Source: Patescibacteria group bacterium
GTDB lineage: Bacteria > Patescibacteriota > Patescibacteriia > JAXHNJ01
Reading direction: 5' to 3'
NCBI GenBank assembly: GCA_041649715.1
Contig: JBAZMP010000001.1
Location: forward strand, 436,638-500,637
DNA: 64,000 bases
Shown: piece after piece, positions 39,750 to 47,667 of the stretch
Layout: each line of letters begins with the position of its first letter
Numbering within the stretch: the first letter of the stretch is position 1
Program-made: the position numbers and the translations under genes
The notes under the pieces: model-generated
Told to the model about the DNA's origin: nothing
Seen by the model: only the letters and a program-made list of their open reading frames with translations
Database searches by the model: none

Positions 39750-41156
39750 ATGCTTAAGCTCTATAATTCATTAGGAAATAAAATTCAGGCCTTTAAGCCC
39801 ATTAAAGGGGGACAAGTGACCATATACAGCTGCGGACCGACAGTTTACGGCCGGGCCCATATCGGTAATCTTTCGTCTTTCTTATTTTCCGATCTGCTTA
39901 AAAGATATCTTAGGTACCGTGGTTACAAAGTTGCCCATGCCATGAACCTGACCGACGTTGATGATAAAACCATTAAAGGCAGCCAGCAAGCGCATCTCCC
40001 TCTGGAAACCTATACCGCGCCGTTTATAGCCGGTTTTTTCAAAGATTTAAGGGATCTAAATATAGCCCCAGCCGATTATTATCCTCGGGCGACGCAGTAT
40101 GTTCCTAAAATGGTGGAATTAGTGAAATTGCTTTTAGTCAATGGCAGCGCTTATCGGGGTCAAGATAATTCCATTTATTTTAATATAAAAAGCTTTCCGA
40201 GATACGGACAGCTGATTAATCTAAAAAAACAACGCTTGAAAGATGGCGCTAGGATTTCTTCTGACGACTATGACAAGGAACAAGCCAGTGATTTTGTCTT
40301 ATGGAAAGCCTGGCAACCTTCTGACGGTGATATTTTTTGGGACACAGACATAGGTAAGGGACGGCCAGGCTGGCATTTGGAATGTTCCGTGATGTCCACC
40401 TCGTTGTTAGGTAAAACCATCGATATCCATACCGGCGGGATTGATTTAAAATTTCCCCATCATAGCAATGAGATCGCCCAAAGTGAGTCCGCTTACAAGC
40501 GATTATTCGTCCGTTACTGGCTTCACCGGGCTTTCCTGCAGATGGGGCGGGAGAGGATGGCTAAACGTTTAGGCAACGTCTTAAATCTGACGGATTTGGT
40601 GAAACAGGGTCATTCACCGCGGGCTTTTCGTTTCTTGATTTTAACCAATCATTATCGGACACCCCTGATTTTTGCCGAAAAAACCCTGGTCTATGCCGAA
40701 AATTCCCTAAAGACAATCGATGAATTTGTCGGACGGCTAGAAAAAATTATTTCTGCTGGGGGCCAATACCGCTCTTCAAAGGATATTTTGAAATTTAAAA
40801 AAGAATTCATTAAAAATCTAGATTCGGACTTGAATTCTCCCAAAGCAATTGCCTTGCTGTTTGATTATATTCGAAAAATCAACATTCAAATAAATAAAGA
40901 AAGACTGTCAGTTAAAGAAGCAAAGATAATTCTAAATTTTCTTAAAGATATTGACCGGGTCTGGGGTTTTATTTTCCCGCTAGAAAATAGACGGGAATTA
41001 GCAGATGAAGAAAAAATACTTTTAGAGGCAAGAAAGAACGCTCGTCAAAACAAGGATTTTGCAAAAAGTGATCAAATCCGCCAAGAATTGCTGAAAAAGG
41101 GGGTAGAAGTGCGAGATGGCAAAGATGGAGAACAGACGTGGGTGTTTTTAAAATAA
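39750..41156 (+). CDS. cysS: Cysteine--tRNA ligase
   Basis: YSCGPTVY, HIGN, TDVDDK, DFVLWK, GRPGWHLECS, HTGGIDLKFPHH; KMSKS appears as RMAKR. Confidence 0.97.
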   Translation: MLKLYNSLGNKIQAFKPIKGGQVTIYSCGPTVYGRAHIGNLSSFLFSDLLKRYLRYRGYKVAHAMNLTDVDDKTIKGSQQAHLPLETYTAPFIAGFFKDLRDLNIAPADYYPRATQYVPKMVELVKLLLVNGSAYRGQDNSIYFNIKSFPRYGQLINLKKQRLKDGARISSDDYDKEQASDFVLWKAWQPSDGDIFWDTDIGKGRPGWHLECSVMSTSLLGKTIDIHTGGIDLKFPHHSNEIAQSESAYKRLFVRYWLHRAFLQMGRERMAKRLGNVLNLTDLVKQGHSPRAFRFLILTNHYRTPLIFAEKTLVYAENSLKTIDEFVGRLEKIISAGGQYRSSKDILKFKKEFIKNLDSDLNSPKAIALLFDYIRKINIQINKERLSVKEAKIILNFLKDIDRVWGFIFPLENRRELADEEKILLEARKNARQNKDFAKSDQIRQELLKKGVEVRDGKDGEQTWVFLK

Positions 41157-41164
41157 ATCATTAT

Positions 41165-41392
41165 ATGCCAGAAAATATCGAAAATGAACCGGTGGAATTG
41201 GATATGTTAGCTACTGACCCTCTTGAACTGGCCAAAAGCCGTATTGCCGCTGATTTTATCAAAAGGGAGCAGGAAAGATATATCGAAATCACGAAAAATA
41301 CGTCTCATGTGTCAGAGGGGCTGAAAAGTGTTTTTATCCGTAAGATACAGAGAATGCTCGAAACGCCGGTAAGTTTAAAGTATAATAAATAA
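41165..41392 (+). CDS. Small hypothetical protein
   Basis: 75-codon ORF 8 nt after cysS with a charged helical composition. Confidence 0.5.
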   Translation: MPENIENEPVELDMLATDPLELAKSRIAADFIKREQERYIEITKNTSHVSEGLKSVFIRKIQRMLETPVSLKYNK

Positions 41393-41441
41393 GCAAATAA
41401 TCAAAAATACTTAAAGCTTAAACGCTTGTTTTTGATTACCC

Positions 41442-41469
41442 TTGACATTTTCAGCCGGCCTGCCAAAAT
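41442..41469 (+). promoter_or_regulatory. Sigma70 promoter of the ~200-nt RNA
   Basis: TTGACA-16-CAAAAT with a TGn extension; GGGG starts 8 nt downstream. Confidence 0.6.
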
Positions 41470-41476
41470 AAAAGCA

Positions 41477-41679
41477 GGGGAGGATGTCCACACGCCCTTT
41501 ATCAGCCGATAAGGGGTTAAACCGACGTTAAATCGCCGAAAAGACGAAGAGAGAGTTGATTTCAAAGGAGTGAGCTAGGGCGAAAGAAAAAATATGAAAT
41601 GGTGACGTATCAGAACGTCACAAAAGCCACTCCCATGAGAGATATTCTCTCAAGTCCTGGGTATCCTAAACGCCCACCA
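41477..41679 (+). ncRNA. Unassigned structured RNA ending in ACCA
   Basis: AGGATGTCCA/TGGGTATCCT closing helix, GGG/CCC plus ACCA end, four internal stems, own promoter and terminator. Confidence 0.7.
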
Positions 41680-41708
41680 CATAATTGTACATTTTCGCAT
41701 ATTCTTCT

Positions 41709-41739
41709 AAAGACGAGCCTAAAAACTCGTCTTTTTTTT
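41709..41739 (+). terminator. Intrinsic terminator
   Basis: AAAGACGAG/CTCGTCTTT stem plus T8. Confidence 0.85.
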
Positions 41740-41783
41740 ATCCACAAGTTAGGTCTTGACAAAATTTTTATTTCGTGTATAAT
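41738..41783 (+). promoter_or_regulatory. DnaA box plus consensus sigma70 promoter of the large RNA
   Basis: TTATCCACA at 41738-41746; TTGACA (41756-41761)-16-TATAAT (41778-41783). Confidence 0.8.
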
Positions 41784-41788
41784 GATTG

Positions 41789-42345
41789 GTTGTTTTGACA
41801 ACTTGTGCTTTAGCACCTTAAACCCACCCTTTTATGCCAAGCTCAAGAGAGAGGGCTAATTAACTAAGATTTCTCTCTAGAAAGGAGAAAAGCTTGCGTC
41901 TGTATAGGGTTTGGCTGACCCTAGTCATGGTAAGGCAGAATCCTGATGCCTGAATAAGGATTGGGATAGCCTGAAACTGACGGCAAGACTGTCAGTAGAT
42001 CGGGAAGACCGGTTACATGGCATAAGGACGCTACTACCTTTCTTCTTCTCGGGCGTTCCGTCAGTATTACGCCCAAACGTAGATAAATAAGCCACTGGAT
42101 TGGTTAGAGACAATAGCTCTCTTCCCAAACAGTAAAATACTGGTACCGGTATCATACCCGAAGCCATCGGTCGGCTGCGTGTAAATAACCGGTTTGTCCG
42201 AGTGACAAGCCAAAACTTTAGGGGGTGGCACCGTCTTTGTTCCGTCGAGGCTAGGCCCCTCGTATAGCCAGTGGATTCGTCCGTTGGCGGAAAAAAGGAA
42301 CAAATATTAAATCAATATCATGCACGAGTTTTTCGACACAGTGAT
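41789..42345 (+). ncRNA. Large (~560 nt) highly structured, multiply pseudoknotted ncRNA; family unassigned (ROOL/GOLLD/OLE size class)
   Basis: No + strand ORF of 60 aa or more lies within it; 5'/3' closing helix AACTTGTGC/GCACGAGTT; six further 6-8-bp long-range complementarities; promoter and terminator. Confidence 0.8.
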
Positions 42346-42347
42346 TC

Positions 42348-42380
42348 GGCGGACTTCATAGGAAGTCCGCCTCATTTTTT
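42348..42380 (+). terminator. Intrinsic terminator
   Basis: GGCGGACTTC-ATAG-GAAGTCCGCC plus TCATTTTTT. Confidence 0.88.
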
Positions 42381-42454
42381 ATCTTGACAAATATATATTG
42401 CTAGGTTTATGGCATATTATATAATATAAATGACTCAACATTAATGAAAAAAAC

Positions 42455-42502
42455 ATGTTTGAGCCGTGTCCAACCTGCGGCAATGATCCTTGCACTTGCT
42501 AG
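42455..42502 (+). CDS. Putative 15-aa Cys-rich peptide MFEPCPTCGNDPCTC
   Basis: ATG...TAG between a TATAAT element and a terminator; CxxC/CxC spacing. Confidence 0.45.
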   Translation: MFEPCPTCGNDPCTC

Positions 42503-42521
42503 GCATTGTCAGCAGTAAAAC

Positions 42522-42553
42522 AAAAAACCTCTTAAATAAGCAAGAGGTTTTTT
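42522..42553. terminator. Bidirectional-type intrinsic terminator
   Basis: AAAAAACCTCTT/AAGAGGTTTTTT. Confidence 0.8.
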
Positions 42554-42618
42554 GTCGTTTATCTTTTAAAAAAGGTCAAAGACTGCTATAATTAAACCAT
42601 TATTATTAATGGTAAGAA

Positions 42619-43242
42619 ATGAACAAGCTATTTTTGGACATTGAAACAATTCCGGCGGATAAAAAAGTCTGGGCAAAAGTCGAAAAAGACCTGCAGCTTA
42701 AGTATGAGTTAAAAAACAAGAAGCCTTTTAATAAAGAGGATTTATACGCCAGAACCGCCCTGGACGGGACTTATGGCCGGATCTTATGTCTGGGCTATCT
42801 TAAAGAACCGCCGTCAAAAAGCACGGCCAATATTCTTTATGGTCCGGAAAAAGACATCTTAAAAAACTTTTGGGATCTGGCCCGAGATGTGAATCTGTTT
42901 ATCGGCCACAACATCATGGATTTTGACCTTAATTTTATTTATAAGCGGTCTATTATCTGGGGAGTACCGCCAACAAAGGATCTAAGCTTTGCCCGTTATC
43001 GCCATGATCCGATATTTGACACGATGCGCGAATGGGATAAATGGCTTTCCAGTTCTCAGATAAGCTTGGACCGTTTGGCAAAAATATTGGGACTTAAATC
43101 TTCTAAGGGCGAATTAGACGGTTCAAGAGTTTACGAATACTATCAAAAAGGGAAGTTTAAGGAAGTATATCAGTATTGCATGGCGGATGTTGAAGTGACC
43201 AGACAAATCTACCAAAAAATGACCTTTAGCCGCGAGATATGA
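42619..43242 (+). CDS. Stand-alone 3'-5' exonuclease (DEDD, PolB-exo/RNase H-like)
   Basis: FLDIET, IGHNIMDFDL, SLDRLAKILG, YCMADV. Confidence 0.88.
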   Translation: MNKLFLDIETIPADKKVWAKVEKDLQLKYELKNKKPFNKEDLYARTALDGTYGRILCLGYLKEPPSKSTANILYGPEKDILKNFWDLARDVNLFIGHNIMDFDLNFIYKRSIIWGVPPTKDLSFARYRHDPIFDTMREWDKWLSSSQISLDRLAKILGLKSSKGELDGSRVYEYYQKGKFKEVYQYCMADVEVTRQIYQKMTFSREI

Positions 43243-44054
43243 TTTACGCGCCAAAATTTTCCGTAATTTTGCCGACCTATAATCGCGGCTATATCTTATG
43301 GCGGGCCATTCAATCGGTACTCGGCCAAACGTACCCTTTTTTTGAGTTGGTGATTATAGACGACGGTTCAAGCGACGATACGCAAAAAACAGTTAAGGTC
43401 TTCCGTGACCCCAGAATTATCTATTTTAAAAACAGAAAAAGACAGGGTGTGTCGGCAGCCAGAAATAAAGGACTAAAGAAGGCGAGGGGGGAATATATTG
43501 CCTATTTGGATTCGGACAACGAATGGCACAAGGATTTTTTGGAAAGCATGCTTTCCGCCATTGCAAAATATCCGAAAAAAGTTCTGTTTTTTTGTAAAAA
43601 GAATTATCGCTTGAAGTTATCGGAAAAAGACAAGATTGAGAGGATGATTCGCGATGAGTTTTATGGCCATAAGAAATATTTCGATTTAAAGAGGCTCTGG
43701 CAGCGTAAGATCATTATAGACACGAATACTTTTGTCCACAAAAAGAGCCTGCTGGACAAGATAGGTCGCTGGGATGAAAAAATCGATTTTTGGGAAGACT
43801 ATGAATTTACTTTGCGCGTTTCCCGCTATTTTCCCCAGGGAATAATGTATTTAAATCGGGCCCTGGTTGATTATGAACAGACTCTGGATTTTAAAAGTTT
43901 TTCTGATGAAGTGAGGCGTTGGGAAAAAGCGGAAGAATATATTTTCAAAAAACACGAAGATTATCCTTTAATAAAAGAGGCCAAGTGGTATCCGCCCAAA
44001 GCCTATAAATCAACTGAATCTGTCCTCAAATTTCTGCAGGCTAAAAAGCCCTGA
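43239..44054 (+). CDS. Glycosyltransferase family 2
   Basis: SVILPTYNR, IIDDGSSD, ARNKG, YLDSD, WEDYEF. Confidence 0.92.
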   Translation: MIYAPKFSVILPTYNRGYILWRAIQSVLGQTYPFFELVIIDDGSSDDTQKTVKVFRDPRIIYFKNRKRQGVSAARNKGLKKARGEYIAYLDSDNEWHKDFLESMLSAIAKYPKKVLFFCKKNYRLKLSEKDKIERMIRDEFYGHKKYFDLKRLWQRKIIIDTNTFVHKKSLLDKIGRWDEKIDFWEDYEFTLRVSRYFPQGIMYLNRALVDYEQTLDFKSFSDEVRRWEKAEEYIFKKHEDYPLIKEAKWYPPKAYKSTESVLKFLQAKKP

Positions 44055-44180
44055 CTGCAAATTGAGTTTATCCCCAGCCCCGTAATCGATATTAGAGATT
44101 AAGGGCTTATTCATAAAAGCGCAACGTTTTTTAGTCACTAACAATATTAGCCTTTAATATTAGCCTTTTTTTATCTATAG

Positions 44181-44237
44181 TTATCCACAAAAAAATAAAA
44201 GTCAGGGGCTTGACAAAGAACAATGGCTTGTTAAGCT
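44181..44237 (+). promoter_or_regulatory. DnaA box plus sigma70 promoter
   Basis: TTATCCACA at 44181-44189; TTGACA (44210)-16-TAAGCT with a TGn extension. Confidence 0.6.
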
Positions 44238-44309
44238 TAAAGCAGAGGTAAACGCACATATCGTTCATTGAAAGCACACCGACAAAAGGTCTGATCTAAT
44301 CATATAATT

Positions 44310-44510
44310 ATGAAAGGAAAAGACCCTATGTTGTTACAACACATCATCGCAATTATCGCCGGCACCTTTCTCATACTTTTTTCCCTCAATCCCATTCAAC
44401 CCACTCCTCATCATCATTTCGACTTTGTCGACTCTTTTCTCCTCTTTGCCGGCCTTGCCTCTTTTCTCTACGGTGTGCTACACATCGCTCCAATTAACCT
44501 TTCCTTCTGA
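44310..44510 (+). CDS. Small two-TM hypothetical protein with a His-rich loop
   Basis: Two hydrophobic segments around PTPHHHFD; own promoter and terminator; alternative start at 44328. Confidence 0.55.
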   Translation: MKGKDPMLLQHIIAIIAGTFLILFSLNPIQPTPHHHFDFVDSFLLFAGLASFLYGVLHIAPINLSF

Positions 44511-44515
44511 ATCTC

Positions 44516-44544
44516 AACCCCTAGCGTTCTACGTTAGGGGTTTT
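44516..44544 (+). terminator. Intrinsic terminator
   Basis: AACCCCTAGCGT/ACGTTAGGGGTT plus T residues. Confidence 0.8.
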
Positions 44545-44586
44545 CTCTACATTGAATAATTTTGGCATATAATTTAAGATGTATCT

Positions 44587-45606
44587 ATGAAAGTTAAGTC
44601 TTGTAAAAAAGTTTTTGTCGCCATGTCAGGCGGCGTGGATTCCACGGTCGCCGCTTTATTACTAAAAAAACAGGGTTATCAGGTGATTGGCGTGCATTTT
44701 TTGCTCGCTAAAAGCCAGACTTTGGAAGTAAAAAGGATCTGTCAGAAATTGAAAATCAAACTGTATATTTGGGACTTTCGCCCCCAGTTCAGCAAATCAG
44801 TTATCAAGGATTTTATTACCCAATATAAAGACGGAGTTACGCCCAATCCCTGCGTAATATGCAACCGGATGATAAAATTTGGTTTATTCTACGAAAGGGC
44901 GAAAAAAGCCGGCGCTGATTATATCGCGACTGGTCATTATGTCCAGAAAGCTAAAGTCGGCTCTTGTTATCTTTTAAAAAAGGGGAAAGACTATGATAAA
45001 GACCAGTCATATTTTTTATGGGACCTCAAGCCTTTAGTAATCTCGCATTGCCTTTTTCCACTGGGAAAATTAACAAAAGATAAAGTTAAACGAATAGCCG
45101 CCAAGTATCGGTTACCGAGGGTAAAAAATGAATCCCAAGAAATCTGTTTTATCACTGATAAAATTTGTAATTATCTTTCAAATAATATAAAAAGTCGGCC
45201 GGGGATAATCAGGGATTTTACGAGCAAAAAAAAAGTTGGCCGCCATCAGGGTCTTTTTTTATACACCATTGGTCAGAGAAGCGGTTTGCGCCTGGCCGGC
45301 GGTCCCTGGTTTGTGCTAAAAAAAGATATTTCGAAGAATATCCTCTGGGTGACAAAAGATAGTAAGTCTCTGTTCAGCCTGAAGGCTGAACTTAAAAAGG
45401 TCAATTGGCTCATTACGCCCCCTGAATTTCCCGTTACTTCTGAGGTTAAGCCGCGCTATCGGCATCCTGGCGTTCAAGCAATAATCAAAAAAACCGGGAA
45501 CGGCTGTTGTGTCTCATTTAAAAAACCAGAAAGAGCTTTGACTCCAGGTCAATCAGCTGTTTTTTATAAAGGCGATGAATTATTGGGTGGGGGGATTATC
45601 AAATAA
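44587..45606 (+). CDS. mnmA: tRNA-specific 2-thiouridylase
   Basis: AMSGGVDS, TPNPCVICN, ATGHY, KDQSYFL, ESQEICF, YTIGQR, TPGQSAVFY. Confidence 0.97.
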   Translation: MKVKSCKKVFVAMSGGVDSTVAALLLKKQGYQVIGVHFLLAKSQTLEVKRICQKLKIKLYIWDFRPQFSKSVIKDFITQYKDGVTPNPCVICNRMIKFGLFYERAKKAGADYIATGHYVQKAKVGSCYLLKKGKDYDKDQSYFLWDLKPLVISHCLFPLGKLTKDKVKRIAAKYRLPRVKNESQEICFITDKICNYLSNNIKSRPGIIRDFTSKKKVGRHQGLFLYTIGQRSGLRLAGGPWFVLKKDISKNILWVTKDSKSLFSLKAELKKVNWLITPPEFPVTSEVKPRYRHPGVQAIIKKTGNGCCVSFKKPERALTPGQSAVFYKGDELLGGGIIK

Positions 45607-45791
45607 ATAAGGGTGATTATTTGCCATGATCAAAAGTCGTGGCCATGAGGTTGGGCCCCGGCCCGGAATTAAGGGATTTAAGCCGACAGAAGAGATTTAT
45701 CCTCGAATTACTGATGGCGTAATCTTTATTTTAGGCAGATACTAAGCTGAATAATAATAGCGCTAATTTGATATTTATAAAAAGCAAGAGC

Positions 45792-45820
45792 TTGAAACAA
45801 CATAGTTTATTTTGTATAAT
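45792..45820 (+). promoter_or_regulatory. Sigma70 promoter giving a probably leaderless alaS mRNA
   Basis: TTGAAA-17-TATAAT, then 6 nt to ATG 45827. Confidence 0.7.
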
Positions 45821-45826
45821 AACCTA

Positions 45827-47626
45827 ATGAAATCTGATAAAATACGCGATAAATTTAAAAGATATTTCGCTAAAAAGCTCAAACATGCCTGGGTGGCCTC
45901 CTCTTCCTTAGTGCCGGAAAATGATCCTTCAGTTTTATTGACCACCGCCGGCATGCAGCAGTTTAAACCCTACTTTTTAGGTGAATTATCCGTAAAAAAA
46001 GATTACCATAACCGTAACTTAGCCTCCAGCCAGAAATGTTTTCGCACTTCGGATATTGACTCGGTCGGCGACGAATCGCATTTGACTTTTTTTGAAATGC
46101 TCGGTAATTTTTCACTCGGCGGCTACTTCAAGGATAAAGCGATTGAATACGCCTGGAACTTTTTAGTTAAAGAAATGAAGATTGATAAAAAAAGACTTTG
46201 GGTGACAATTTTCGAGGGAGATAACACGGTAGTCAAAGATTTTGAAGCGATAAAAATCTGGCAAAAATTAGTGCCTAAAGATAAAATTCAGGAATTCGGA
46301 AGGCACCATAACTGGTGGGGACCGCCGGGTAAAACCGGTCCCTGCGGCCCGTGTTCAGAAATCCATTATGATCTTACCGAAAAACCCTGTGAACAAAAGG
46401 AATCATGTCGGCCTAACTGTGAATGCGGTCGTTTCGTCGAAATCTGGAATTTGGTTTTTACGGAATATTATATGGATACAAAAGGAGATTTGAAAGACTT
46501 GCCGACAAAAAATATTGATACGGGGATGGGGCTGGAAAGGCTAGCCATGATTATGCAAAAATGCCCCTCAGTTTTTGAAACAGATTTATTCGCTCCGTTG
46601 ATGAAGATAGCGGCGGCTGATAAATCCCTAGACGGGTTTCAAAGCGAAAAAGAAAAAAATAAAAGATTACGAATCGTGGCGGATCATATCAAAGCCTCTG
46701 TTTTTCTGTTGGCGGACGGAGTGGAATTTTCCAACAAGGATCAGGGTTATATACTAAGGCGGATTTTTCGGCGGCTTATTGATCAGTATGAGCATATCGA
46801 CTTTAATTTAGGCGTTCTGGTCGAAGCCGTTATTTCTCTCTATGCCCCGCATTACGCCTCCTTACTCCTTGATAGATCCCGCCTCCTTACGGCCTTAAAC
46901 ATAGAAAAGGAGAATTATCAGAAGGTTTTAAAGCTAGAGGTGGAAAAAGCCTATGAGATTATGAGTATGTCGAAAAATAAAGATAAAAAATGCGTGCCTC
47001 ATCCTTCGGACAGGAAGATAACGGGCGAGGAGGCATTTAATCTTTATTCCACTTATGGCTTGACAGCGAATTTAATCCGAAAAAAAGGCTTTTCTTTTGA
47101 TGAAGAAGAATTCAAACAGGCCGTTGAGAAACATCAACAGATATCGCGGGCCGGAGCCCAAAAAAAATTCGGCGGCGTGGGAGACTTCGGTGATTTAGTC
47201 GCTCGACAGCACACGGCCACCCATCTTCTTCACGCGGCTCTAAGAAAGGTTCTTGGTGAGAATGTGGGACAAATGGGCTCTGATTTAAACCCCGAAAGAT
47301 TACGATTTGATTTTTCTTACTCCCAAAAACTGACAGAAAAAGAAAAGTTAATGGTGGAAACGATAGTCAATGAAAAGATAAAGGATAGTCTTCCGGTTTC
47401 CCTGGCCGAAATGACTTATGAGCAGGCGATTAGCTCAGGAGCGTTAGCCTTTTTCAAAGAAAAATACCCGGATAAAGTCAAAGTTTATACCATCGGGGAT
47501 TTTTCCAAAGAAATTTGCGCCGGTCCACATGTTAAAAATACGTCCGAACTGATCAGTTTTAAAATTGTGTCTGAAAAATCATCATCAGCCGGGGTCAGGA
47601 GAATAAAAGCGATATTGGGTAAATAA
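45827..47626 (+). CDS. alaS: Alanine--tRNA ligase, short form lacking the C-Ala domain
   Basis: TTAGMQQFK, HLTFFEMLGNFS, GPCGPCSEI, EIWNLVF, DTGMGLER, HTATHLL, CAGPHV; ends at GVRRIKA. Confidence 0.96.
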   Translation: MKSDKIRDKFKRYFAKKLKHAWVASSSLVPENDPSVLLTTAGMQQFKPYFLGELSVKKDYHNRNLASSQKCFRTSDIDSVGDESHLTFFEMLGNFSLGGYFKDKAIEYAWNFLVKEMKIDKKRLWVTIFEGDNTVVKDFEAIKIWQKLVPKDKIQEFGRHHNWWGPPGKTGPCGPCSEIHYDLTEKPCEQKESCRPNCECGRFVEIWNLVFTEYYMDTKGDLKDLPTKNIDTGMGLERLAMIMQKCPSVFETDLFAPLMKIAAADKSLDGFQSEKEKNKRLRIVADHIKASVFLLADGVEFSNKDQGYILRRIFRRLIDQYEHIDFNLGVLVEAVISLYAPHYASLLLDRSRLLTALNIEKENYQKVLKLEVEKAYEIMSMSKNKDKKCVPHPSDRKITGEEAFNLYSTYGLTANLIRKKGFSFDEEEFKQAVEKHQQISRAGAQKKFGGVGDFGDLVARQHTATHLLHAALRKVLGENVGQMGSDLNPERLRFDFSYSQKLTEKEKLMVETIVNEKIKDSLPVSLAEMTYEQAISSGALAFFKEKYPDKVKVYTIGDFSKEICAGPHVKNTSELISFKIVSEKSSSAGVRRIKAILGK

Positions 47627-47667
47627 AAAATACCCCTTTGTTCTCAAGTGTCCAAAGGATTATATAA

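Noticed and set aside
40553-40570. CysRS KMSKS motif reads RMAKR
   Set aside because: All other catalytic and zinc-binding motifs are intact; most likely ordinary divergence rather than a pseudogene
41477-41679. tmRNA or intron-containing tRNA interpretation of the GGGG...CCACCA element
   Set aside because: Too short for tmRNA, no G3-U70 pair or tag frame, no 7-bp acceptor stem, and CAAGTCC is at the wrong distance from CCA for a T-loop
41599-42303. Four short ORFs in the ORF track (41599+, 41610-, 41925-, 42067-)
   Set aside because: They have no recognisable motifs, cross promoters or terminators or run antisense to the promoter-terminator unit, and the base-pairing pattern explains the region better as RNA genes
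41789-42345. Group I/II intron or RNase P RNA interpretation of the large RNA
   Set aside because: No interrupted host gene, no group II domain V, no group I R/S elements, and no GAGGAAAGTCC or CR-V RNase P motifs found by eye
45626-45745. 39-codon ORF (MIKSRGHEVGPRPG...) between mnmA and alaS
   Set aside because: No recognisable motif, SD or terminator; cannot be supported
45827-47626. AlaRS truncated to ~600 aa
   Set aside because: Aminoacylation and editing domains are complete with a clean stop; short AlaRS forms lacking C-Ala are a known feature of reduced genomes
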